64,000 bases of DNA from Dendrobates tinctorius (taxonomy: Eukaryota), in contig NW_027361863.1 in NCBI RefSeq assembly GCF_039654945.1, positions 16,306,001 to 16,370,000 on the forward strand, given 5' to 3'. The translations under genes were made by a program, and so were the position numbers. The number at the start of each line of letters is the position of its first letter. The stretch's first letter is position 1. Below are positions 25,671 through 38,566 of the stretch, in pieces. The notes beneath the pieces were generated by a model that saw nothing but the letters and a program-made list of their open reading frames with translations, made no database searches and had not been told where the DNA came from.

Positions 25671-25736
25671 GGTGTTGCTCCCCTATGTTAACCATCAAAC
25701 CATCAATTGTTTATAAAATGGTTTCATTCCATACAG

Positions 25737-25831
25737 AGATAAGGAAACAGAGGATGAAGAAGACATTAAGCTCAATGTGGACGGTGATGAGCATTTTACC
25801 CTGCCAACTGCAGAGGAAATGGAGCAACAAC
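25737..25831 (+). CDS. NOP2: NOP2 coding exon 6
   Basis: atacag| DKETEDEEDIKLNVDGDEHFTLPTAEEMEQQ |gtatcctt. Confidence 0.88.
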
Positions 25832-26019
25832 GTATCCTTGTTTGTGATGGTCTCTATTATGGGGTGTAGTTTTCATTGCGAGTTCTTCATAAAGGGGGTA
25901 AAAGCTTGTTAGTAACCTCCATATTGGGATTTTATTCAGAGGCATGTCTTCCCCTTCCTCATACACATAAGTCTAGTATGCTGTCAATGTCGTGTCCACC
26001 TCCTTACATCACTACTTAG
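25832..26019 (+). other. U12-type (minor spliceosome) intron, GT-AG subtype
   Basis: 5' site GTATCCTTG; branch-like TCCTTAC at 26001-26007, 12 nt before the 3' end; no long pyrimidine tract; the join keeps the frame. Confidence 0.85.
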
Positions 26020-26216
26020 TCTCCACACATCTGGACCTCACCAGCATACAAGAACGGATTAAGGATATCGTAGCTGTTTTGCAAGATTTTGCCAAACGAG
26101 GGGGACAGCATACGAGACAGGAATACATTACTGTACTGCGGCAGGATCTCGCTACCTACTACAGTTATGGCGACTACATGATCGAAATGCTCAGTGACCT
26201 GTTTCCAGTATCCGAG
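26020..26216 (+). CDS. NOP2: NOP2 coding exon 7
   Basis: STHLDLTSIQERIKDIVAVLQDF...DLATYYSYGDY...LFPVSE |gtgaga. Confidence 0.9.
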
Positions 26217-26327
26217 GTGAGAATTACAATTAAGATCTATTTATATGGAAATGCTGAAAAATGCAAGAAGTGATGTCCCTCACAATGCCTTGTGCGCCAA
26301 ACATTACTTCTCTTTCTTCTTTTAAAG

Positions 26328-26417
26328 TTAGTAGACTTTCTGGAGTCCTGTGAGGTGCAACGTCCAGTAACCATCAGAACTAACACGTTGAAGACCAGAA
26401 GACGTGACCTGGCACAG
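26328..26417 (+). CDS. NOP2: NOP2 coding exon 8
   Basis: ttaaag| LVDFLESCEVQRPVTIRTNTLKTRRRDLAQ |gtataa. Confidence 0.92.
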
Positions 26418-26479
26418 GTATAATCACCTCCTCTTCTCATATGTAACATTTATCGTGTATCATCTACATATGTACTACC

Positions 26480-29400
26480 CCTATGTATAAGAATATAACT
26501 ACTATAATACTGCCCAATATAACTACTATAATACTGCCCACTATGTACAAGAATATAACTACTATAATACTGCCCACTATGTACAAGAATATAACTACTA
26601 TAATACTGCCCCCTAGCTACAAGAATATAACTACTATAATACTGCTCCTATGTACAAGAATATAACTACTATAATACTATCCCAATATGCAAGAATATAA
26701 CTACTATAATACTGCCCCCTAGCTACAAGAATATAACTACTATAATACTGCTCCTATGTACAAGAATATAACTACTATAATACTGCTCCCTATGTACAAG
26801 AATATAACTACTATAATACTGCCCCCTATGCACAAGAATATAACTACTTCAATACTGCTCCTATGTACAGGAATATAACTACTATAACACTGCTACTATG
26901 TACAAGAATATACCGTATTTTTCGCTTTATAAGACGCTCCGGATTATAAGACGCACCACAATTTTTGAGGAGAAAAATAAGAAAAAAATATTTTTTAATA
27001 AAATGGTGGTGCCTCTTATAATCCTTGCATCTTATTGCTTACCGGGGTTGGTGGCTGCGGTGTAGAGGGGTCCCAGGCTCGCTGCTGGAGGAGGCAGGCG
27101 TGGAGTGATGCTGCAGGCCGCATTCAGGGATGAGGGGGGGCTCCGATGTGTGCTGTTGCTGCTGCAGAGTCTTGTGCTGGTGTCAGGTTTCTCCACTTGT
27201 CCGGCGGTTGGAAGCCGGTGCTGCGGGTGCTCCGGTGCGGCGTTGTGTGCCCATCGATGCCCGGGGCTCTGCCGACATTGTTCGACAAACCAGAGCCCCA
27301 GCATTTCCTCGGTTCCCTGTATATGTGCGCTGAAGTGCCGGTAAAAAAAAAATGACCGCCGGCGCGAGCGCAGATGGGATCTCGGGACCAGTTCTATAAC
27401 ACTGCTACTATGTACAAGAATATACCGTATTTTTCGCTTTATAAGACGCTCCGGATTATAAGACGCACCACAATTTTTGAGGAGAAAAATAAGAAAAAAA
27501 TATTTTTTAATAAAATGGTGGTGCCTCTTATAATCCTTGCATCTTATTGCTTACCGGGGTTGGTGGCTGCGGTGTAGAGGGGTCCCAGGCTCGCTGCTGG
27601 AGGAGGCAGGCGTGGAGTGATGCTGCAGGCCGCATTCAGGGATGAGGGGGGGCTCCGATGTGTGCTGTTGCTGCTGCAGAGTCTTGTGCTGGTGTCAGGT
27701 TTCTCCACTTGTCCGGCGGTTGGAAGCCGGTGCTGCGGGTGCTCCGGTGCGGCGTTGTGTGCCCATCGATGCCCGGGGCTCTGCCGACATTGTTCGACAA
27801 ACCAGAGCCCCAGCATTTCCTCGGTTCCCTGTATATGTGCGCTGAAGTGCCGGTAAAAAAAAAATGACCGCCGGCGCGAGCGCAGATGGGATCTCGGGAC
27901 CAGTTCTCGAGAGATGAGATCTGAAATCTTATCTCTCGAGAGCTGGATCCCGAGATCTCATCTGCGCACGCGCGGCGGCCATTTTTTTGCAGGCACCACC
28001 GCGCGCACACAGGGAACCCAGGGAAAATGGCCGCCGGCGCGTGCGCAGATGGGATCTCGGGACCCACCTCTCGAGAGATGAGATTTCAAATCTCATCTCT
28101 CGAGAACTGGGTCCCGAGATCCCATCTGCGCACGCGCCGGCGGCCATCTTTTTACCGGCACACAGGGAACTGAGGAAATGCCGGGGCTCTGGCCTGTCGC
28201 TCAATGTTGGCAGAGCCCCGGGCATCGACGGGCACACAACGCGGCACCGGACACACCCGCAGCAGCGGCCAGCAACCGCCGGACGCCCCCGATCACAGCC
28301 TAGGTAAGGCATGTCCGCTTTGTAAGACGCACCCCTGTTTTCCCCCCAAATTTTGGGGGAAAAAAAGTGCGTCTTACAAAGCGGAAAATACGGTAACTAC
28401 TATAATACTGCCCCCAATGTACAAGAATATAACTACTATAATACTGCCCTCAATGTACAAGAATATAACTACTATAATACTGCCTCCTATGTACAAGAAT
28501 ATAACTACTATAATACTGCCTCCTATGTACAAGAATATAACTACTATAATACTGCTCCTATGTATAAGAATATAACTACTATAATACTGCCCGTATGTAC
28601 AAGAATATGACTACTATAATACTGCCTCCTATGTACAAGAATATAACTACTATAATACTGCCCCCTATGTACAAGAATATAACTACTATAATACTGCTCC
28701 TATGTACAAGAATATAACTACTATAATACTGCCCCCTATGTACAAGAATTTAACTACTATAATACTATCCCTATGTACAGGAATATAACTACTATAATAC
28801 TGCCCCCTATGCACAAGAATATAACTACTGCAATACTGCTCCTATGTACAGGAATATAACTACTATAACACTGCTACTATGTACAAGAATATAACTACTA
28901 TAATACTGCCCCCTATGCACAAGAATATAACTACTATAATACTGCCCCCTATGCACAAGAATATAGCTACTATAATACTGCCCCCAATGTACAAGAATAT
29001 AACTACTATAATACTGCCCGTATGTACAAGAATATGACTACTATAATACTGCCTCCTATGTACAAGAATATAACTATTATAATACTGCTCCCTATGTACA
29101 AGAATATAACTACTATAATACTGCTCCCTATGTACAAGAATATAACTACTATAATACTGCTCCTATTTACAAGAATATAACTACTATAATACTGCTCCTA
29201 TGTACAAGAATATAACTACTATAATACTGCCCCCTATGTACAAGAATATAACTACTATAATACTGCTCCTATGTACAAGAATATAACTACTATAATACTG
29301 CCCCCTATGTACAAGAATATAACTATTATAATACTGCTCCCTATGTACAAGAATATAACTACTATAATACTGCTCCTATTTACAAGAATATAACTACTAT

Positions 29401-30612
29401 AATACTGCTCCTATGTACAAGAATATAAATACTATAATACTGCTCCTATTTACAAGAATATAACTACTATAATAATGCCCCCTATGTACAAGAATATAAC
29501 TACTATAATACTGCCCCCTATATACAAGAATATAACTACTATAATACTGCCCCCTATATACAAGAATATATCTACTATAATACTGCTCCTATGTACAAGA
29601 ATATAACTACTATAATACTGCCCCCTATATACAAGAATATAACTACTATAATACTGCCCCCTATGTACAAGAATATAACTACTATAATACTGCTCCTATG
29701 TACAAGAATATGACTACTATAATACTGCCTCCTATGTACAAGAATATAACTATTATAATACTGCTCCCTATGTACAAGAATATAACTACTATAATACTGC
29801 TCCCTATGTACAAGAATATAACTACTATAATACTGCTCCTATTTACAAGAATATAAATACTATAATACTGCTCCTATGTACAAGAATATAACTACTATAA
29901 TACTGCCCCCTATGTACAAGAATATAACTACTATAATACTGCTCCTATGTACAAGAATGTAACTACTATAATACTGCTCCCTATGTACAAGAATATAACT
30001 ACTATAATACTGCTCCTATTTACAAGAATATAACTACTATAATACTGCTCCTATGTACAAGAATATAACAACTATAATACTGCTCCTATTTACAAGAATA
30101 TAACTACTATAATACTGCCCCCTATGTACAAGAATATAACTACTATAATACTGCCCCCTATATACAAGAATATAACTACTATAATACTGCCCCCTATATA
30201 CAAGAATATATCTACTATAATACTGCTCCTATGTACAAGAATATAACTACTATAATACTGCCTCCTATGTACAAGAATATAACTACTATAATACTGCTCC
30301 TATGTACAAGAATATAACTACTATAATACTGCCCCTATGTACAAGAATATAACTACTATAATACTGCCCCCTATGTACAAGAATATAACTACTATAATAC
30401 TGCCCCCTATGTACAAGAATATAACTACTATAATACTGCCCCCTATGTACAAGAATATAACTACTATAATACTGCCCCTATGTACAAGAATATAACTACT
30501 ATAATACTGCTCCTATGTATAAGAATATAGCTACTATAATACTGCTCGCTATGTACAAGAATATAACTACTATAATACTGCCCCCTATATACAAGAATAT
30601 AACTACTATAAT
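26480..30612. repeat. 35-36 bp AT-rich minisatellite, interrupted by a MITE
   Basis: Unit tatgtacaagaatataactactataatactgccccc; arrays at 26480-26912 and 28394-30612. Confidence 0.95.
26913..28393. mobile_element. Tc1/mariner-superfamily (Tc2/pogo-like) MITE with a tandem duplication of its left part
   Basis: ta|ccgtatttttcgctttataagacgc ... gcgtcttacaaagcggaaaatacgg|ta; second left end at 27425. Confidence 0.85.
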
Positions 30613-30645
30613 ATAGCTCCATGTTCTTACTTTTTTTTTTTTAAG

Positions 30646-30733
30646 GCTCTTATCAACCGTGGAGTCAATTTGGATCCGTTGGGCAAATGGTCAAAGACTG
30701 GATTGGTCATTTATGATTCCTCTGTGCCTATTG
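30646..30733 (+). CDS. NOP2: NOP2 coding exon 9
   Basis: ttaag| [29 protein letters not shown] |gtaagt. Confidence 0.93.
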
Positions 30734-30819
30734 GTAAGTTTGGAGTGTTTGGGGTACGCTGTCTGGTGCAGTCTTTCTCAGGGTGGACATAGGGTATATA
30801 ATGTTTCCTCTCCTTCCAG

Positions 30820-30960
30820 GGGCCACTCCGGAGTATCTGGCTGGACATTACATGCTTCAGGGAGCTTCCAGTCTTTTACCCGTCATCGCTTTAGCGCCTC
30901 AAGAAAATGAGCGAGTCATGGACATGTGCTGCGCTCCTGGTGGGAAGACCAGTTATATGG
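30820..30960 (+). CDS. NOP2: NOP2 coding exon 10
   Basis: GATPEYLAGHYMLQGASS...DMCCAPGGKT (SAM-binding motif I). Confidence 0.95.
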
Positions 30961-31060
30961 GTGAGTATCGCGGGGGCTTCACATACAGATAGATTGTATA
31001 TTCTGGGGTCTTCTCTTTCGGTAGTTTCACTGTTATATGACAATGTTACCGTATCCACAG

Positions 31061-31200
31061 CCCAACTGATGAAGAACACGGGGGTCGTTGTCGCCAATGA
31101 CATGAACGCCGAGCGTCTTCGTAGTGTGGTGGGAAACTTGCACAGACTGGGAGTCACCAACTGTATCATCTGCAATTATGATGGTCGGAAGCTTTCTGAG
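31061..31200 (+). CDS. NOP2: NOP2 coding exon 11
   Basis: AQLMKNTGVVVANDMNAERL...GNLHRLGV...YDGRKLSE |gtgagg. Confidence 0.95.
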
Positions 31201-32590
31201 GTGAGGGCATAGACAGGAGGGTTTTCCACCGATCTGGAGGTGATGGCCTTAACCATCCCCAGTGGGTGAGAAACCAATGATCACAGGGGTTTATTCATCT
31301 GAATCTATTTTTCTCCTTCGTCTCATTGGAGGACACAGGTAATGTTGTGTTTACTACCGCCATCTGGAGGCTGAAACTAAGTAAACAACACAAGGTTAGC
31401 TCCTCCTCTGCCGCCTACACCCTCGCCTCGATTATGGGCGGAAACCAGTTTTTTTGCTTAGTGTCCTTGGAGGCACACTTGTCTGGATCTCTCCAGACTT
31501 CTTTCTTTTTTTCCATGATGATAAGACAGGGGCGACGGATCCTATTGAAAGGGTCCGATCTCCCCAAACCATCAACGGGCGAGCACGTGTTGAGTATCGT
31601 CTCCACGTATCCTTTCCCGCACCGAGGGATATATCTGGGCCTTTTTCCCCAGACATCTATTTTTTGTGCTGTGGAGATTAGACAGGGGCAACGGATCCTA
31701 TTGAAAGGGTCCGATTTCCCCAAACCATCAACGGGCGACCACGTGCGAGTGTCCCTCCATGTATCCTCTCCCGCGACGTGGGACATGATGCCGGACTTAG
31801 CCCTGGCCACCCCTAGGTATGAAACCATGGGCTGCACAGAGGCACAAGACTAGTCTGTGCGGCCCCCACTGCTCCACCAACGCTAGGCGGCGGCGTTGCA
31901 AGGCGGCGGACGGTCCCTCTCCTCACCCCCTGAAGGGGTTAGACGGAGTTAGGGTGCCTGCACACCGTCCTGGATACCCCCCCCCCCCTCCGTTTCCCCT
32001 CTACCTGAGCGGAGAAGTGCGGCCAGATGACGTGGATGTGATAGCCGGGGAGGGCCCTGCGGCGTCCAGATGCCGGAGCTGGTCAGCAGAGGCTGACAGG
32101 ATTCAGTGCGTCCCTTTCCTTTCCTGGCCCCCCTTCTTCTCCCCCCACTTCACAGGAAGAGCGGTTACTGCAGCGGTGGCAGAGTACACCTGGCGCCTAT
32201 AGAACGCCGGCTCCGGCCTTAAGGTGCGGCGCCCTGCCCGCCCGCCGCCACCCCCGTCGCAGGTAGTTAAAAATCTAGGCCGCGGCTTCGGCCGGTGGTA
32301 GACGGCGGCCGGAAGTCCCGCCCTCCCGGCGCGATATCTCTTCCGGTGGCCCGCCCTCCAGACTGGGCGGGCGCCGAATAAATTGAGGCCCCGGCTTCAC
32401 CTCAGTATAGGCAGCGCCAGAGAAAGAGCGGTCGGGTAGCCGTAGCAGGACAGTGCACGCGTGCCAGGAGAGGCGGCACGCGTGGGGGACACAGGACCGG
32501 GTAAGTGCGGTCCCAGCTGCAAGGTGGCAACCAAGGGTACTCCTCCCTCTCCTCTCCCCCCACAGCTCCTAGTAGGGCAGAATTATCAAT

Positions 32591-34024
32591 ATGGCTGGGA
32601 AAGGGAAAATGCACACATTCCTGTATGCTGCATGCATAGCCTGTAGGGCAGCATTTCCGCGGGCACAGAACAATAAATTATGCGAAGCCTGCGACTCCGA
32701 ACGCTCCCAAGAGCCCTCCCCCGTAACCGAACACAGGAGTTCAGATCCTCCGGAATGGGCCTTATCCCTGTCACAATCTATGGCTTCGCTCACAAAGGCG
32801 ATCGAGTCTCTTCATGCCCCAGATAGGACCAAGGATAGTGTTTCGCTGATCTGGCAGGGGTCCTCCACCACACAAGACCGTTCGGCCTGCAGGGGTCGCT
32901 CTCATTCCAAGCAGGCGCAAAGGCGGCGAACCCGCATGGCCTCGCCCAGCCCATCCGGTGCCTCGGCATCATGCTCGCCTTCACCAGTTGTGGGGAGCGG
33001 GCAGAGTTCAGACTATGACTCAAATGAGCCACTGGACCTAGATACCCTGGAGTGTCGGGAAACTATTGACAGCCTCATTGATGCCGTTAATCAAACTCTG
33101 GGGGTTGAGGATGACGTCGCCTTGACTTCAGGCCATAAGGTTTCCTTCAAGCGGGCTAAGCATCCGCACAGGGTGTTTGGTACTCACCCAGAGTTTGAGG
33201 ACATAGTGCAGCGTCACGGGAAACGGCCGGATAAGCGCTTCTCGGGACAGAAAACGATAGAGGCAAAATATCCATCTGCTCCAGAGCTCTGTAAGAAATG
33301 GGCGGAATCCCCAGTGGTGGATCCACCAGTGTCACGCTTGGCATCGAGATCCTTGTTATCGGTGCCTAGTGGTTCTTCTATCAAGGACCCCACGGATCGG
33401 CTCATAGAAGGGTTGGCTCGCTTCAGTTTTTGAAGCTTCAGGATCAGCACTCTCTCCCTCGTTCACGGCAACGTGGGTGGCCAAGGCCATGATGTCATGG
33501 GCAGAGTCATTGAGCAAGGTTTTGCAGGATAGAGATCTGCCTACAGAGGTAGCAGAGATCGCGAGTCAGATCGCTATGGCCGGTGACTACTTAGTCAACG
33601 CTTCCTTGGATGCGGCCAATTGTGCGGCTCTTGCGGCCGCAAACGCGGTAGCCATTAGGAGGGCACTATGGTTAAGTTCTTGGCGGGCCGGTTCAATTTC
33701 CAAGAAGTCTTTGACTTCCCTGCCTTTTCAGGGTGGCCGTTTGTTCGGGGAAAGATTAGACCAGCTCATCTCCGATGCTACATGGGGGAAAAAGCAGCTT
33801 CCTCCCGCAACACAGGGTCAAGCAGCCGTTTCGCCAGGCTCAGGCACGGTTTCGGGCCTTTTGCAACCCCCCGGGTGGACGGCAGCGGCCAGCTTGACCG
33901 CTCCAGGTCGCTCCAACCAGGATAGGGAGCGACAGGTCTCGTATAGAGCCAACCCATTGGGGAGAATGTGGGCTCGCCATCCAGGGCGAGGGGAGCCAGG
34001 GCTCACAGATCATCAGTGAAATGA
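32591..34024 (+). pseudogene. DIRS copy B gag-like ORF1 (frameshifted)
   Basis: CIAC...CEAC, VDPPVSRLA and RLFGE.LD motifs homologous to copy A; several indels. Confidence 0.85.
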
Positions 34025-35922
34025 CTCGGAGCGCTTTCTAGGCGACATCAGCAGAGTAGGCGGCCGCCTTCTCTGCTTTCGCCAGGTCTGGGTCACGATA
34101 GCACGCGACTCGTAGGTAGCGGAACTCGTGTCCACAGGTTACAAAATAGAGTTTTTCAAGTTTCCCCCAAAACGTTTTTTTCTATCTCGACTTCCCAAGA
34201 TGGAGCCCCGGGCAAGGCGTTGCTAGGGGCCATCAACTCACTCCAGCGCAATGGCGTAGTTATTCCCGTACCAGAACACGAGAAGGGGCAGGGTTTTTAT
34301 TCCAATCTGTTTCCAGTTCCCAAAAAGGACGGGACAGTCAGGCCGGTTTTGGACCTGAAGCTCCTGAACAAGTTCATCAGGGTCAAACATTTCCGAATGG
34401 AGTCTCTCCGTTCACTTATATCGGTCATGGGACAAGGGGAATACTTGGCCTTGATCGATATCGAGGATGCCTACCTGCACATCCCCATTTTTCCTCTGCA
34501 TCAAAAGTTTCTACGGTTCGCCATCAATGGCCGACGTTTGCAGCACTGCCCTTCGGGCTAGCCACTGCTCCCAGAGTGTTCACAAAGGTGATGGCAGTCT
34601 TGATGGCCGTCTTACACTCTCGGGGCATAGTCGTCTTGCCATACTTAGACGACCTCTTGGTGAAGGGCCCCTCGTTTCAGGCATGCGAAGAGAATGTCCG
34701 CATCACGCTGGATACCCTCTCTCGCTTAGGATGGTCGGTCAACAGGAAGAAATTATTCCTTGTCCCAGCTCAGAGGATTTCTCTTTTAGGGATGATTTTC
34801 GATACCTCTAGAGCGTTGGTAATTCTCCCTCAGGACAAGGCGCTAGCCCTCCGGCAAGGAGTCCAGAGGCTTCTGCAGCCAGTCCCGCACACCATTCGGT
34901 TTGGGTTGAGTGTGCTAGGAAAGATGGTGGCAGCAATAGAAGCAATTCCGTTTGCCCAATTTCATTTTCGCCCCCTACAGCATGCCCTCTTGTCAGCCTG
35001 GGACAAGAACCCGTTCACGCTCGACCATCAGTGCCGGCTATCCTCGCAGGTCAGACAGTCGTTGGAGTGGTGGACGAGCAGGTCCTCCCTTCTGCAGGGG
35101 AAACCCTTTCCCCCAGATCACTGGCTAGTGGTCACGACAGACATCAGCCTCCTCGGCTGGGGAGCGATTTTTCGCCACCACACGACCCAGGGACGGTGGT
35201 TGCCGCAAGTGGCACGCCTCCCGGTCAACTTATTGGAAATACGAGCAGTCCGGCTGGCACTGCAATATTTTCAACACTTCCTAGCAGGACGTCCCGTCTG
35301 GATCCAATCAGACAACGCCACGGCGGTGGCTTACATAAATCGTCAAGGGGGCAAGCACAGCAGAGCAACCATGCGCGAGGTAGGGCACGTTCTTCACTGG
35401 GCCGAGAGGAACCATGCGGTAATATCGGCAGTCCACATCCCGGGAGTGGAAAATTGGGCGGGGGACTTCCTCAGCCGGCAGGGGGTCGCATCAAGAGAAT
35501 GGTCGCTGCACCCCGAGGTCTTCCAGCAGATTTGCCAACAGTGGGGGACGCCGGATGTGGATCTGATGGCCTCCAGGGTGAACGCCAAGGTGCCCGTGTT
35601 CGTCGCTCAGTCTCGGGACCCGCGAGCGATCGCAGTGGATGCGTTTGTTCTACCATGGAAAAAGTTTCGCCTCCCATATTTGTTTCCCCCGCTGCCGCTA
35701 CTCCCGAGGGCCATCAAAAAGATCAAAACAGAGGGGGTTCCAGCGATTCAGCTGGCTCCAGACTGGCCCCGTCGGGCGTGGTACGCAGATCTAGTGCAGC
35801 TGCTCACCGACTTGCCATGGCGACTGCCAGAGCGCCCAGATCTACTGTCCCAGGGCCTGATCTTCCACCCGAACTCAGGGGCCCTGTGTTTGACAGCATG
35901 GCCGTTGAATCTTGGATTCTGA
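34023..35922 (+). pseudogene. DIRS copy B pol (RT, RNase H, methyltransferase)
   Basis: VGGRL, RPVLDLK, YLDD, SDNATAV, VDLMAS, LFPP; contains a stop and frameshifts. Confidence 0.9.
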
Positions 35923-36919
35923 CCCAAGCGGGGTTTGGGTGCGAGGTGGTCGCTACAATGATTAGCGCCCGGAAGGCTGCCTCGGCGAAAATTTACCATC
36001 GTACCTGGAAAGTCTTTTTCGCTTGGTGTCGAGACCGGGGTTTTTCCCCGCTGACATTTTCGATTCCCAACATCCTCGCCTTTCTCCAGTCGGGCTTAGA
36101 CTCGGGGTTGGCCCCGAGCTCCCTTAGGAGGCAGATATCAGCTTTGTCCATCCTGTTCCAGCGAAGAAATGCTACCAGTATGCAGGTGAGAACTTTCATT
36201 CAGGGAGTCTCCCACCCTATAGGGTGCTCCTGGACACCTGGGATCTTAATCTGGTCCTGAGTGCTCCGTTCGAACCACTTCAGGACGTTTCTTTATCATA
36301 CCTTTCCCGGAAGGTAGTATTCTTGGTAGCCATAACTTCCATTAGGCGAGTCTCGGAGTTGGCGGCCTTGTCTTGCCGAGCACCGTTTCTCACTTTCCAC
36401 AAGGATAAGGTGGTGCTCAGACCAGCTCCCCCCTTTCTGCCGAAGGTCGTGTCCTCGTTCCACGTTAATGAGGATATTGTCTTGCCCTCATTCTGTCCGG
36501 CCCCAGTACATCGCGTGGAAAAAGCTCTTCACACGTTAGATCTGGTAAGAGCACTCAGAAGGTATGTGGCACGGACGGCACCCTTCCGTGAGACGGACAC
36601 GCTGTTTGTGCTCCCTGAAGGGCGCAGGAAGGGACTCACAGCCTCAAGATCGACCATAGCCGGATGGATCCGTCTAACGATTCAGGAGGCCTACCGCATC
36701 AGGGGTGCCCCAGTCCCAACAGGGATCAGGGCACACTCTGCTCGGGCAGTGGGCGCCTCTTGGGCGCTTCGACATCAGGCTTCGGCAGAACAAGTGTGCA
36801 AGGCAGCAACCTGGTCCAGCCTGCACTCGTTTACTAAACATTACAATGTCCATACTCAGGCTTCGTCAGATGCGAGCCTAGGTAGAAGGATTCTCCAAGC
36901 AGCGGTGGCGCACCTTTAG
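35898..36919 (+). pseudogene. DIRS copy B tyrosine recombinase core
   Basis: MAVESW start, RRVSEL, HSAR, ATW...FTKHY; frameshift near 36215. Confidence 0.9.
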
Positions 36920-36980
36920 ACAGGTGCATGTAGCTTGGATTGGTGAGTCAACTTCCCACCCAGGGACTGCTTTAGGACGT

Positions 36981-37083
36981 CCCACAGTACCTGTGTCCCC
37001 CAATGAGACGAAGGAGTAACATGGATTTTTGTGAGTACTCACCGTAAAATCCTTTTCTCCGAGACGCTCATTGGGGGACACAG
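36981..37083 (+). repeat. DIRS copy B ICR
   Basis: Complementary to both termini; preceded by cccacccagggactgcttt, shared with copy A. Confidence 0.9.
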
Positions 37084-37569
37084 CGCCCACCCTATTAGCC
37101 AGTTGGCTCTAGTTTATTTAATGTACATTTTTTGTTGTCAGGGTGGACCTTTTCCAGACATATTGTTATTCTGCATTAAGGCTACGTTCTTTTTTTTTTT
37201 TTTTTGTTTCACGTTATTCTCTGACTGCTTTTGCACTAAACTGGTTTCCGCTCGTAATCGGGGCGAGGGTGTAGGCGGCGGAGGAGCTAACCTTGTGTTG
37301 TTTACTTAGTGTCAGCCTCCAGATGGCGGTAGCATACACCACAGTACCTGTGTCCCCCAATGAGCGTCTCGGAGAAAAGGATTTTACGGTGAGTACTCAC
37401 AAAAATCCATTTTTTTTTTATCTGGAAAGCCAGCACAATGTTGTGTAGAAGACCCGTATCCAGCGTCAACTTCATAGACCGATGATGGGGGGGCGCTTAT
37501 CAGAGGTCAACATTCGCCAGGCTAAATTAACTTGATTCGTGCAGGTTAACCTCATCCTGCAAAATCATG

Positions 37570-38566
37570 TACTTTTCTCCATAAAGTGAACATGTGTGTG
37601 CCCCTTCCACATCCACCTCCAGGGGCTTCTCTGTCATCCATCCTACATCCATAGACATTAATATGGAGTCGCCCCTCTGCAGATATAACGGCTCCCGCTG
37701 TTCTGGGAACGATTTCCACAAGACCTTGGAGGCATCTCTGGGATCTTTAGTCCCTTAATCCAGAAGAGCATTTGTGGGGTCAGACCCTGATGTTGTGGGT
37801 CCGGGCTCTCAATCTCTGGTCTAAGTGTTACATGAGGCTGAGGTCCGGGCTTTGTGCTCCCGCTTATGTCCCACCCTCCATGTCTGTATGGATCCTGTGC
37901 ACTGGGCACAGTCATGGGGAACAGAAAAGGGTCTTCATCAAACTGTTCCCACAAAGCTGAAGCTACAATTGTCCTAAATGTCTGGTGTTGAAGGATTGTT
38001 TTCCCTTCACTGGAACTTAGGGCCGAGGCTGACCCCTGATAGAGAAGTGTGATCCGTCACTGCACAGAACACATCTCCTCCAGAGGCCAGTGGTGGCGGC
38101 TTTACATCACTCCATCCGACGCTCTGCATTGTGCTTGGTGATGTACGGCTGTATGCAGCTGTTCGGCCATGAAGCTCTCAGCGGGGGGCGCAATGTTTGT
38201 GCTGATACTAGAGGAGGTCTGGACTCTGCAGTTATAGGGTTAGCAGAGCGGTGGTGACTTTTCAGCACTCGGTCCCCGGCTCTGTAACATTTCGGGGTCT
38301 CCTCTTCGTTGCTGAGGTTCCTTACGCTTCTCAATAACATCACTCACAAGTGATGGAGGAAGATTCAGGAGGAAGAAATGTCATGAACAGACTTGTTCCC
38401 CTGATGAACACAGTGGTATCAGGGAGCTCTGCCACATGTTAGTCCAGAGGTTATAAACCAGGGGAGGGTCTGGTTGTCGTACACCAAGGGCAACAAGGTT
38501 GAAAGAATAACCTGAATTCAATGAGTAAGGCTGTTACTGTGTGCTTATACTTTTGTCCATATAGTG
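37570..38566 (-). mobile_element. Highly decayed Tc1-family relic
   Basis: End reads cactatatggacaaaagt on the minus strand; remnants resembling transposase C-terminal segments; no intact ORF. Confidence 0.55.

Larger units (their letters stand above)
31309..37413 (+). mobile_element. Full-length DIRS1-type retrotransposon (copy B, different subfamily) in a NOP2 intron, inactivated
   Basis: ITRs at about 31312-31452 and 37238-37410, ICR at 36981-37083, T-rich ends, gag/pol/YR remnants. Confidence 0.94.

Noticed and set aside
24152-25698. Long minus-strand ORFs (up to 343 aa) with repeated EQEAEKEGQG
   Set aside because: Translation of the 41 bp minisatellite cycling through frames, antisense within a NOP2 intron.
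28394-30612. CRISPR-like regular 36 bp repeats
   Set aside because: No unique spacers and no cas genes; vertebrate intronic minisatellite.
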